Below are positions 7,292 through 14,422 of a DNA stretch of 16,007 nt, piece after piece. The DNA comes from Campylobacterota bacterium. GTDB taxonomy: Bacteria > Campylobacterota > Campylobacteria > Campylobacterales > Sulfurimonadaceae. How positions within the stretch are numbered: position 1 is the stretch's first letter; each line of letters opens with the position of its first letter. Below the pieces are notes generated by a model. That model worked only from the letters and a program-made list of their open reading frames with translations. It did not search any database and had not been told where the DNA came from. Position numbers and translations under genes: made by a program. The stretch is from the NCBI GenBank assembly GCA_034717975.1, contig JAYEMF010000038.1, positions 1 to 16,007 of the forward strand, given 5' to 3'.

Positions 7292-8423
7292 GAAGATCAG
7301 CAGTGCGATCGATGCCAAGCGTTATCTTAATAGACTTGGTGTCGATGGCGGCGGCGTAAGCATCCTCTCCTCGAAGATCAAACAGCATCTTTTTCAGATC
7401 AAAGGGCTTCATGTCGGAGCCGCCAATATTTTAAAACAGGATGCCCTCTCCATCGGTGCAGACCTGGCAGTTCCAAGAGGAACGGTTACGGCACAGACAA
7501 CTCATGTAGATGCCATTCTTATCGCCACGCATCAACAGCTGCGTGAGCTGAGTCGCAAAGAGCTTGCGCAGCCGTTTGGCCTGAAAGAGCTGGCCCATCA
7601 ACTGGCCCTCTACACTAAAGCGCACACTCCGGGCAAGACGAAGATCATGGGTGTGATCAATGCCAATGATGACAGTTTTTACGAGGGGAGCCGTTTTACT
7701 GACAAAGCTGCCGTTGAAGCGATAGAGAAGATGATCGAAGAGGGTGCAGATATCATCGATATCGGAGCTGTCTCAAGCCGTCCGGGAAGTGCTTCGGTGA
7801 GTGAAGCCGAGGAGCTTGAACGGATCAGACCGATTATCGATACCCTTTATGCACGCAAGAGCTATGAGCAGACTGTTTTAAGTGTAGACACTTTTATGCC
7901 CGCTGTGGCGGCTTATGCTCTTGAACACGGTTTTAAGATCGTGAATGATATCACCGGATTTAGCAATGATGAGCTTTGCCGTCTTACGGCCCAGTCAGAT
8001 GCGACAGGTATTATAATGCATATGCAGGGTACACCGCAGACGATGCAACACGATCCTGACTACGATAATTTACTTAGTGATGTGACCGCTTTTTTTGAAG
8101 CACGTCTGGAAAAAGCCAAAAGTTTTGGGATGAAAGAGATCGTATTGGATGTCGGTATCGGTTTTGGAAAGAGACTTGAGCATAATCTCCAGCTCATTAC
8201 CCATCTCGAACACTTCTTAAAACTTGGACACCCCATGCTTATCGGGGCAAGCCGTAAGTCGATGATAGACAAGATTATTCCGACACTGACCGAAGAACGT
8301 CTGCCTGGAACCTTGGCTATTCACTTAAAAGCAGTGGAACATGGAGCAGAAATTGTTCGCACCCATGATGTCAAAGCGCACAAGCAGGCATTGGCGGTAG
8401 CCAATGCGATTCGATCGATCTGA
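7281..8423 (+). CDS. folP: Dihydropteroate synthase with Campylobacterota-type N-terminal extension
   Basis: ANILKQDALSIGADLA N-domain; IMGVINANDDSFY, DIGAVSSRPG, SVDT, NDITG, MHMQG, LDVGIGFGK, GASRKS, RTHDV. Confidence 0.96.
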   Translation: MLVEKISSAIDAKRYLNRLGVDGGGVSILSSKIKQHLFQIKGLHVGAANILKQDALSIGADLAVPRGTVTAQTTHVDAILIATHQQLRELSRKELAQPFGLKELAHQLALYTKAHTPGKTKIMGVINANDDSFYEGSRFTDKAAVEAIEKMIEEGADIIDIGAVSSRPGSASVSEAEELERIRPIIDTLYARKSYEQTVLSVDTFMPAVAAYALEHGFKIVNDITGFSNDELCRLTAQSDATGIIMHMQGTPQTMQHDPDYDNLLSDVTAFFEARLEKAKSFGMKEIVLDVGIGFGKRLEHNLQLITHLEHFLKLGHPMLIGASRKSMIDKIIPTLTEERLPGTLAIHLKAVEHGAEIVRTHDVKAHKQALAVANAIRSI

Positions 8424-9335
8424 TTACTGCAGTATCTCTTTGGCAATTTTGAACTGATTGGCCGTCATCAGGTGAATCTTCGGATGGGTGGCTTTCAGTT
8501 CGTCAAAAAGATTTTTACTCAGTTCAAACCCCACTTTATACTCCTCTTCCACAGAGATCTCATTGGCTTTTCGAAGCGCTTCTATCCAATGTGAGGGTAC
8601 ATGTATCCCTGGTACATGAGATGCCAGAAACTGGGCGGTACGAAGTTTGGTAATAGGGAATATACCCAGGATAAGCTCTGTCTCTTTTCCCTCTCCATTG
8701 CTCTCTTGTTTGGCAGACTCCAGCAGGTCAAGCAGTACCTTGGCATTTTCAAGATCATAAACAGGCTGGGTGATGATACCCAGTGCTCCATGCCTGATCT
8801 TCTTTTGCATCTTCTTCTGCAGGGTTTTTGGATTTTTGGCAAAAGAGTTGATAACGGCGAACGGGTAGATCGGCTCAGGTTTTAGCGCTAATGGTTTACC
8901 GGCATAGTCGATACCGCTGTTAAAACAGGAGACCATATCCAGGAGGAGGGTGCTGTCGCTCTCAAAAACACCTTTGGTATGGGGCTGATCGGAGATCTTG
9001 GCCGGGTCGCCGGTCAGGGCAAGAACAGCACGCACATCGACTTCGTTAGCTCCAAGCAGGTCAGATTGCAGGGCGATGCGGTTACGGTCGCGCATACTCA
9101 TGGTGGCAATTACCGGCTTCTCAAAGCGATCTTGCAGCATTTTGGCGGCAAAGAGGGCATTATATTTGAGTTTGGCCAGTGGGTTGTCTGTCGTGCTGAA
9201 GCCGTCGACATAGCGGTCGAGCTTTAAATCAGCGATTTTTTCGACAATTGGTGAAAATTTTGGTGAGTGAGACGGGGTGGTCTCTAAAGTAATATAAGTA
9301 CCGTTTTGCAGTTTATTTATCAGTGATTCAAACAA
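8424..9335 (-). CDS. metF: Methylenetetrahydrofolate reductase family protein (MetF-like)
   Basis: TDNPLA, MRDRNRIALQSDLLG, LALTGDP, IITQPVYD, GIFPI, VPGIHVP, HLMT. Likely TTG start at 9335 (MFESLINKL); the ORF track start is 9347. Confidence 0.85.
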   Translation of the reverse strand: MFESLINKLQNGTYITLETTPSHSPKFSPIVEKIADLKLDRYVDGFSTTDNPLAKLKYNALFAAKMLQDRFEKPVIATMSMRDRNRIALQSDLLGANEVDVRAVLALTGDPAKISDQPHTKGVFESDSTLLLDMVSCFNSGIDYAGKPLALKPEPIYPFAVINSFAKNPKTLQKKMQKKIRHGALGIITQPVYDLENAKVLLDLLESAKQESNGEGKETELILGIFPITKLRTAQFLASHVPGIHVPSHWIEALRKANEISVEEEYKVGFELSKNLFDELKATHPKIHLMTANQFKIAKEILQ

Positions 9336-9367
9336 GGAGCCATCCATTAATGCGATATAATGCCGGA

Positions 9368-9373
9368 ATTATA
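9368..9373 (-). promoter_or_regulatory. -10 box TATAAT for the metF-like gene
   Basis: gtTATAAT on the minus strand about 32 nt upstream of the TTG. Confidence 0.6.
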
Positions 9374-9384
9374 ACTAAAGATAT

Positions 9385-9419
9385 CTCATTAAAATTATGC
9401 TGAGCATGATTTTGATGAG
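9385..9419. promoter_or_regulatory. 16-bp imperfect inverted repeat (possible operator or hairpin) in the metF/serB divergent region
   Basis: ctcattaaaattatgc-tga-gcatgattttgatgag; 14/16 Watson-Crick pairs, the other two are T:G on the + strand. Confidence 0.5.
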
Positions 9420-9433
9420 TAATTTGGCATTAA

Positions 9434-9700
9434 GGGCACCTCTAAAAACCCTGGATATCATCAGCGTTACATACATTTTCGTGATCAAGGCAGGTTCTTG
9501 TCAGCGTAGCAGAGCTACGTGGGCAAGGTTCTAACGCAGACTCACGGACATGTATGTAACGCCCTTCGGGAGGGCAAATAAGGCGCAAGCTTCCGTCCTA
9601 AAGTTTCTTGAATTACCTATGAGTAGTCCTGCAAAACCTTAGAACAAAATCTTACACCTTCTTTGCCCTCTGATGATATACAGGGTTTTTAGAGGTGCCC
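9434..9700. mobile_element. MITE-like non-autonomous element (267 bp) with terminal inverted repeats and flanking TTAA
   Basis: 9429-9464 and 9670-9705 are inverted repeats matching 35/36 (GGGCACCTCTAAAAACCCTG...); TTAA at 9430-9433 and 9701-9704; no transposase ORF; two internal long hairpins. Confidence 0.8.
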
Positions 9701-9743
9701 TTAATAGAGAATTCATGGACTTGTTTAAAAAGGAATTTAATTA

Positions 9744-10367
9744 ATGAAACTATGTGTATTTGATTTTGATTCAACGTTAATGGATGGTGAGACCATCGAT
9801 TTTTTCGCTGAAGAGTTGGGCATCGGTCCGAAAGTGGCTGCCATTACGGAACGTGCTATGAATGGTGAACTCGATTTTTTTGAGAGTATCCAGGAGCGTG
9901 TAGGCCTCTTGAAAGGTTTGGAGTACTCGAAGGTAGAAGCGATCAGCCATGCCTTGCCTTACATGCCGGGTGCCAAAGAGACAATAGCCGAGCTCAAACG
10001 TGCGGGCTTGAGTGTTGTCTGTTTCAGCGGGGGGTTCCGAACCGCTACAGCTTATGCCAAAGATATTTTGGGGTATGACGCAGACTTTTCCAATGCCCTG
10101 CACCATAAAGATGGTCTATTGACCGGACTGGTCGGTGGTGATATGATGTTCAACTGGTCAAAAGGGGATATGCTGGTACGCCTTCAAAATATTTTAGGCG
10201 TGAGTGAAGAGGAGACTATGGTTTGTGGTGACGGTGCCAATGACCTCTCCATGTTCGCTCATGCAGGAACCCGTGTCGCTTTCTGTGCGAAAGAGGTACT
10301 CAAAAAAGAGGCAAATATTATTATTGAACAAAAAGATTTGACAGAGATTCTTGGGAGGATTTTTTAA
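9744..10367 (+). CDS. serB: Phosphoserine phosphatase SerB (HAD family)
   Basis: VFDFDSTLMDGETID, ITERAMNGELDF, SGGF, GDGANDLSM; AAGGA SD. Confidence 0.95.
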   Translation: MKLCVFDFDSTLMDGETIDFFAEELGIGPKVAAITERAMNGELDFFESIQERVGLLKGLEYSKVEAISHALPYMPGAKETIAELKRAGLSVVCFSGGFRTATAYAKDILGYDADFSNALHHKDGLLTGLVGGDMMFNWSKGDMLVRLQNILGVSEEETMVCGDGANDLSMFAHAGTRVAFCAKEVLKKEANIIIEQKDLTEILGRIF

Positions 10368-10693
10368 TGTTGGAAAACTCGATTTGGCAGCAGTATCACA
10401 GTGATCAGACGATCCGTGAGACATTGGCCGGCGTATATGGATGTGCTGCCGTACAGATCAGCAGTGATGAAGCAGAACTCTATGCCATCCTCAAACGTCA
10501 TCTGACTAAAAAAGAGCTGCGCCTGTTTATTATGAGTGAAGCAGGTGTTGAATCATCAAAGATCATAGCTGAGCTGAAACTCGATGAGGCGGATTTTGAT
10601 AAGGCTAAACATAAAACCTATAGCAAGCTCAAAGGAAACAAAATACACAAAGAGATACGATTATCGCCTAAAAGAGAAAACGAGATAGATTAA
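10367..10693 (+). CDS. Hypothetical protein with a sigma70-region-4/LuxR-like HTH pattern
   Basis: TAATG coupling to serB; LTKKELRLFIM..AGVESSKIIAELKLDEADFDKAKHKTYSKLK resembles the LTxRE...G.s..eIA..L......v......a..KL pattern. Confidence 0.7.
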   Translation: MLENSIWQQYHSDQTIRETLAGVYGCAAVQISSDEAELYAILKRHLTKKELRLFIMSEAGVESSKIIAELKLDEADFDKAKHKTYSKLKGNKIHKEIRLSPKRENEID

Positions 10694-10719
10694 TTAATTT
10701 TATATTTAGGGTTTTACTG

Positions 10720-10725
10720 TAGAAT
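10720..10725 (+). promoter_or_regulatory. -10 box TAGAAT for the cytochrome c gene
   Basis: About 25 nt upstream of the ATG; AAGGGA SD follows. Confidence 0.5.
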
Positions 10726-10749
10726 TGTCGCATAAGGGAAAGTAATAAT

Positions 10750-11085
10750 ATGAAAAAATCTACATCACTACTTTTGAGTGCGCTTGTAGCACTTGGCATA
10801 TTGAGTACAGCTGCTTCTGCAGACATTAAAAAAGGGCAAAAAGCCTACCTTAAGCAGTGTAAGAAATGTCATGGTAACAGTACCAAAGGTGCTGCTATGA
10901 AAAGGCAGGACGAGTGGGAAGAGGCATTTGAAGATGATGCGGCTGTTTTCATTGAGTGGCATGAGGGTGAAGAAAAAGGTAAAAAATACGCTAACAGTAA
11001 AAAATTCAAAAAATCTGCTCCACACCTGAAAGATTTCCTGTATGAGTACGCAAACGACTCAGGCAACGTCCCTTCTTGTGGTTAA
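10750..11085 (+). CDS. Periplasmic monoheme c-type cytochrome
   Basis: Sec signal peptide (MKKSTSLLLSALVALGILSTAASA), single CKKCH heme motif, C-terminal YANDSGNVPSCG. Confidence 0.88.
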   Translation: MKKSTSLLLSALVALGILSTAASADIKKGQKAYLKQCKKCHGNSTKGAAMKRQDEWEEAFEDDAAVFIEWHEGEEKGKKYANSKKFKKSAPHLKDFLYEYANDSGNVPSCG

Positions 11086-11098
11086 TCTTTAAATCATT

Positions 11099-11131
11099 AT
11101 GAAGTCCTGTTCTTTGGGCTTCATCTGCTTT
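11099..11131 (+). terminator. Possible intrinsic terminator after the cytochrome c gene
   Basis: atgaagtcc-tgttcttt-gggcttcat stem-loop with only a weak T-tract. Confidence 0.4.
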
Positions 11132-11383
11132 AACCTTTTAATGGGTCTCCGTTCAGGTCACCTGAGTTACTTCTAAAGACTGTTTTTTCAATGATTTTTC
11201 CATCACTTCTATATTGTAATCCCACTCTATTAGGCCTCTTAAACCACTCGAACTGCTTCTGAAGAGTTCCAAATATTCCAGACAGCTAATGCCTAACGCA
11301 TGTTTTAGTGCAATCTATTTGGATGATCTACCTCTTGCCTATCTTTTTTTTTATATGATCATGCTGAATTTGAATGGATATTT

Positions 11384-11392
11384 TGCTATAAT
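11384..11392 (+). promoter_or_regulatory. Extended -10 TGCTATAAT for the lipoprotein gene
   Basis: Perfect TGnTATAAT; AAGGAGG SD at 11416-11422. Confidence 0.7.
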
Positions 11393-11430
11393 GAAGCAAT
11401 TGAAGTTCTATCCATAAGGAGGTGGATTTC

Positions 11431-12585
11431 ATGATATCTATCAAAAGTTTTTTAATACTTTTCATCACCATTCTTACATTTACAGGTTGCGGAAGCGGGG
11501 AGAGTGAGAGTTCTGCTGACTCCTCTGATTTTGCCACTCAGTCAGATACTGCAGATCAGTTATTAGCGCTAATACCACTGTGTGAAAATGGTCCAGCCAG
11601 CATAAACGGTCAAGTTACAGACAGCAAGACAAGCGAAGGCATAGCTAATGTTGTAGTCAGTTACGGCTCTTGCACTGCTTCAACGGATTCAGAAGGATAC
11701 TATACCCTCTCCAATGTCGTCACAAGTGAGAGGGCTGTTCTTAACTTCTCACATCAAGGCTATTATCGCAATAGCTCTATTATTCAAATAGATCACTACT
11801 TGGAGGATACAACCACATTATCGCCAAATTATCTGGAGTATGCCTTTGATGCATTTGACGCTCAGTCAATCTACAACACGCAAGAGAGCACAATTATTGA
11901 TGCTACAAACGCTGCTACAATAACGCTCTCTGCCGCAGAGTACAGGACCGCTGGAGGTGACAACTATATAGGTGATGTCATTGCCGAAGCAGCCTATCTG
12001 AATGTGACTACCGACATAGACAGGGAAGCTTTTCCAGGCGCATACGAAGGGATAACCTCTGCAGATTCAATTGTTCCTTTTGTCTCCTACGGTGCCATAG
12101 CGCTGGAGCTGAAAGACAATAACGGCAATACATTGGATTTTTCAGGCAATGCCATCTTGACATTTCCATCACTTGGCCTGAGTGAACACAATATCATTCC
12201 TCTTTGGTTCTATGACTACAATCAAGGGGTATGGATAGAAGAGGGTTTTGCTGAGCTGCAACAAGATGGCACATACAAGGGCGAGGTGTCTCATATAGGA
12301 ACCTGGAGCTTGAACGTTCCCGTTGAGAATGCTCCGGGCACCTATCTGGCCCGCATTGTTTACGGAGACGGAACGCCTGTGAAAGATGCGAGGGTCCATA
12401 CTATCGGAACCAATTGGATTAGAACCTGTCTCTCTACCGATGCAGATGGAATGTTTCAGATCGAAGTGATTCCAGAGAGCAGTTTTCAGCTAAAAGCCTA
12501 TAACTATAAAGATAAGTATGAAGCTGTATATGATGGTACGATACCGGCGATCGCGTCCGGTGAGATTGTCGAGGATAGAATGTAA
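11431..12585 (+). CDS. Lipoprotein with carboxypeptidase-regulatory-like beta-sandwich domains
   Basis: ATG 11431 lies 8 nt after AAGGAGG; lipobox FTGC followed by a Ser-rich linker; INGQVTD...GIANVVV...TDSEGYYTL and DGTPVKDARV...TDADGMFQIEV repeats; central IPLWFYD...W.EEG domain. Confidence 0.8.
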   Translation: MISIKSFLILFITILTFTGCGSGESESSADSSDFATQSDTADQLLALIPLCENGPASINGQVTDSKTSEGIANVVVSYGSCTASTDSEGYYTLSNVVTSERAVLNFSHQGYYRNSSIIQIDHYLEDTTTLSPNYLEYAFDAFDAQSIYNTQESTIIDATNAATITLSAAEYRTAGGDNYIGDVIAEAAYLNVTTDIDREAFPGAYEGITSADSIVPFVSYGAIALELKDNNGNTLDFSGNAILTFPSLGLSEHNIIPLWFYDYNQGVWIEEGFAELQQDGTYKGEVSHIGTWSLNVPVENAPGTYLARIVYGDGTPVKDARVHTIGTNWIRTCLSTDADGMFQIEVIPESSFQLKAYNYKDKYEAVYDGTIPAIASGEIVEDRM

Positions 12586-12641
12586 TAAACTGTAAGAGGA
12601 GTATTGTTAAAATTGGCATCGACGCATTATCCTGTCAGTTT

Positions 12642-14381
12642 TTACCTCTTTTTCTGATCCACCTGTTTCACTTCTATTTTAAATGTTACACGTCGCGATA
12701 AAACGGCATCTTCATCCGGTTTTTTGATGAGTTTTGAAAAAGCGTATCCCTCATTTGTAAGGATATCCGATAGCCACTGTTGGTGTTTTTTCGTCCCTGT
12801 TTGGGTAAATATATCGGAGAGTACACTGTAGGCTCGCTGTGTTGAAAGTTTTGCATTGTTGAGATAACGGTGGGTAAAATCTGCACCTCGCCATTCGCTT
12901 GAAGTATGGCCATTGATGCGAAGTGCATTGATATTCGGCTTATAGGCACTGAGTGTTTTCAGGAGTTTTGGCGCAAACTGATTGAGAAATGTTTTCTGCT
13001 CAGCTGTCAGTTCATAGATGCCTGTTTTGAAAAGCAGAGCAGGGTGGACAAGCGTGATAGTGAGGTCTCTTGTGATGGTGATCTTACCCTCTGCAATCTC
13101 ATTGGAAAAGGTGTCATATAGATTGTCGTAAAGAGAACGCGCACTCTGCCGAAGCGATATAATACTGCCATCATCGCCCAGTTTCACGATCCACATATTG
13201 GTCACTTCACTGTGTGGTGCGACAGTCTCACCGGCAGCGACATAGCTGCCATCACGCAAGATCGTGACACTGCGAAAGAGGTTTCGGTTTGTATTGCCGT
13301 AGTTGTACTGCCAGATCGGCTTTAGCAGGGGGTCGAAACTGATGGCAAAGGCATCGGTATTGATATGGCGTTTATCTGTTGTGTAACCGACCCCGATAAT
13401 CTTGCCGTCACTCTGCTCCTTGATACTGTAGAGGGCACTGCTTTTAGCAGTAGAGATATTATGCTCTGCAAGCAGGTTTTGCTGAAGGTCAAACTTTAGC
13501 AAGCGGATCTGCTCACCTTTCAGTGGGTCTTTGTAGCTGAGCGATGCCAGAAAATGATCATCACGCAGGGTGATAAGGTCATAGACATTGAAAACACCAC
13601 TTTTCGTGTACTGTTTTAGCCAGATTTTATCGCCATTTTCCGTAATACGCATGAGAGTGATACCGCGGTCTTTTCCTATGTCTGTTGTCGCAGCGACAAG
13701 GATAGTACCGTCATACGCTTCGGTAGCGTCGATACCCCGGTCATCATAGATGGTACCGTATTTTTTGCTCCAGAGACGCCGTCCCTCTTTGGAAAAACGG
13801 GTGAGGTAGATGTCATTGAGTCCAAGTCCCTGTTCATACAAGGCATCACTGAAATCACGGGAAGTGATGGAGGAGCCAACCGCCAGAACACCGCCATCGC
13901 GCAAGAGAACAAGCTTATGCATGCGGTCAAAGTTTTTTGTACCGAACTGCTGAGAAAATTTGATCGTACCATGGCTGTCCATTCGTATAACCAGCAGTTG
14001 GCCTTCCTGGGTGTCACCGCCAATATAGTAGCCGTTCTGAGGGGTCTTAATTAATGAAGAAGCACGGTTGAAGGCTTTGAAATTCATGGAACGGTCGAGT
14101 GTGATATTGGCCTGTGAATCCAGACGTACCAGACGTATCTGTTCGCCTCGGGCACTGTTAAGTGATGAAAGATACTCAAAGGCATCGGTGTAGGTCTCGG
14201 GTTCGGTATTGGTCGTTTTGAAATTTTGAGAATACCCGACAGCACTGATCTGGCCATCATGATCCTGGGTGATGTCGTATAAGCTGTCTTCGAATGTTCC
14301 ACCGATAACGATTGAGTAGCTGTTTTCTGTCTGGGAATAAAGTAGGCCGAAAAGGCTTATAAAGAGGATGAAAATTCGCAT
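12642..14381 (-). CDS. Secreted beta-propeller protein with a C-terminal OmpA/MotB-like (ZorB-like) peptidoglycan-binding domain
   Basis: Signal peptide MRIFILFISLFGLLYS; repeated blades (DG.y.a.G...d.w+.++d..G...W.k.yG); C-terminal LLFKTG..EL, RINGHTSSEW, N..LS..RA.SV, SRRVTFKI. Confidence 0.85.
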   Translation of the reverse strand: MRIFILFISLFGLLYSQTENSYSIVIGGTFEDSLYDITQDHDGQISAVGYSQNFKTTNTEPETYTDAFEYLSSLNSARGEQIRLVRLDSQANITLDRSMNFKAFNRASSLIKTPQNGYYIGGDTQEGQLLVIRMDSHGTIKFSQQFGTKNFDRMHKLVLLRDGGVLAVGSSITSRDFSDALYEQGLGLNDIYLTRFSKEGRRLWSKKYGTIYDDRGIDATEAYDGTILVAATTDIGKDRGITLMRITENGDKIWLKQYTKSGVFNVYDLITLRDDHFLASLSYKDPLKGEQIRLLKFDLQQNLLAEHNISTAKSSALYSIKEQSDGKIIGVGYTTDKRHINTDAFAISFDPLLKPIWQYNYGNTNRNLFRSVTILRDGSYVAAGETVAPHSEVTNMWIVKLGDDGSIISLRQSARSLYDNLYDTFSNEIAEGKITITRDLTITLVHPALLFKTGIYELTAEQKTFLNQFAPKLLKTLSAYKPNINALRINGHTSSEWRGADFTHRYLNNAKLSTQRAYSVLSDIFTQTGTKKHQQWLSDILTNEGYAFSKLIKKPDEDAVLSRRVTFKIEVKQVDQKKR

Positions 14382-14409
14382 AGCTCTGCTTTAGTGTTAA
14401 TATGAGTAG

Positions 14410-14418
14410 GTTATAGCA
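14410..14418 (-). promoter_or_regulatory. Possible extended -10 (TGCTATAAC) for the propeller/OmpA gene
   Basis: Near-consensus box in the 41-bp gap after the ankyrin gene stop; lacks the final T. Confidence 0.35.
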
Positions 14419-14422
14419 AAAA

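Noticed and set aside
8415..8430. Abutting stops of convergent folP and metF as an antisense regulatory device
   Set aside because: Common in compact genomes; no further evidence despite both genes being folate-related.
9434..9700. Autonomous IS element or known housekeeping RNA (6S, SRP, tmRNA, RNase P)
   Set aside because: Too short for a transposase and no recognisable conserved motifs of those RNAs; terminal inverted repeats plus TTAA favour a MITE.
12586..12641. Bidirectional terminator between the convergent lipoprotein and propeller genes
   Set aside because: Only a loose aaactg..agga/tcct..cagttt pairing with a large loop; not a convincing intrinsic terminator.
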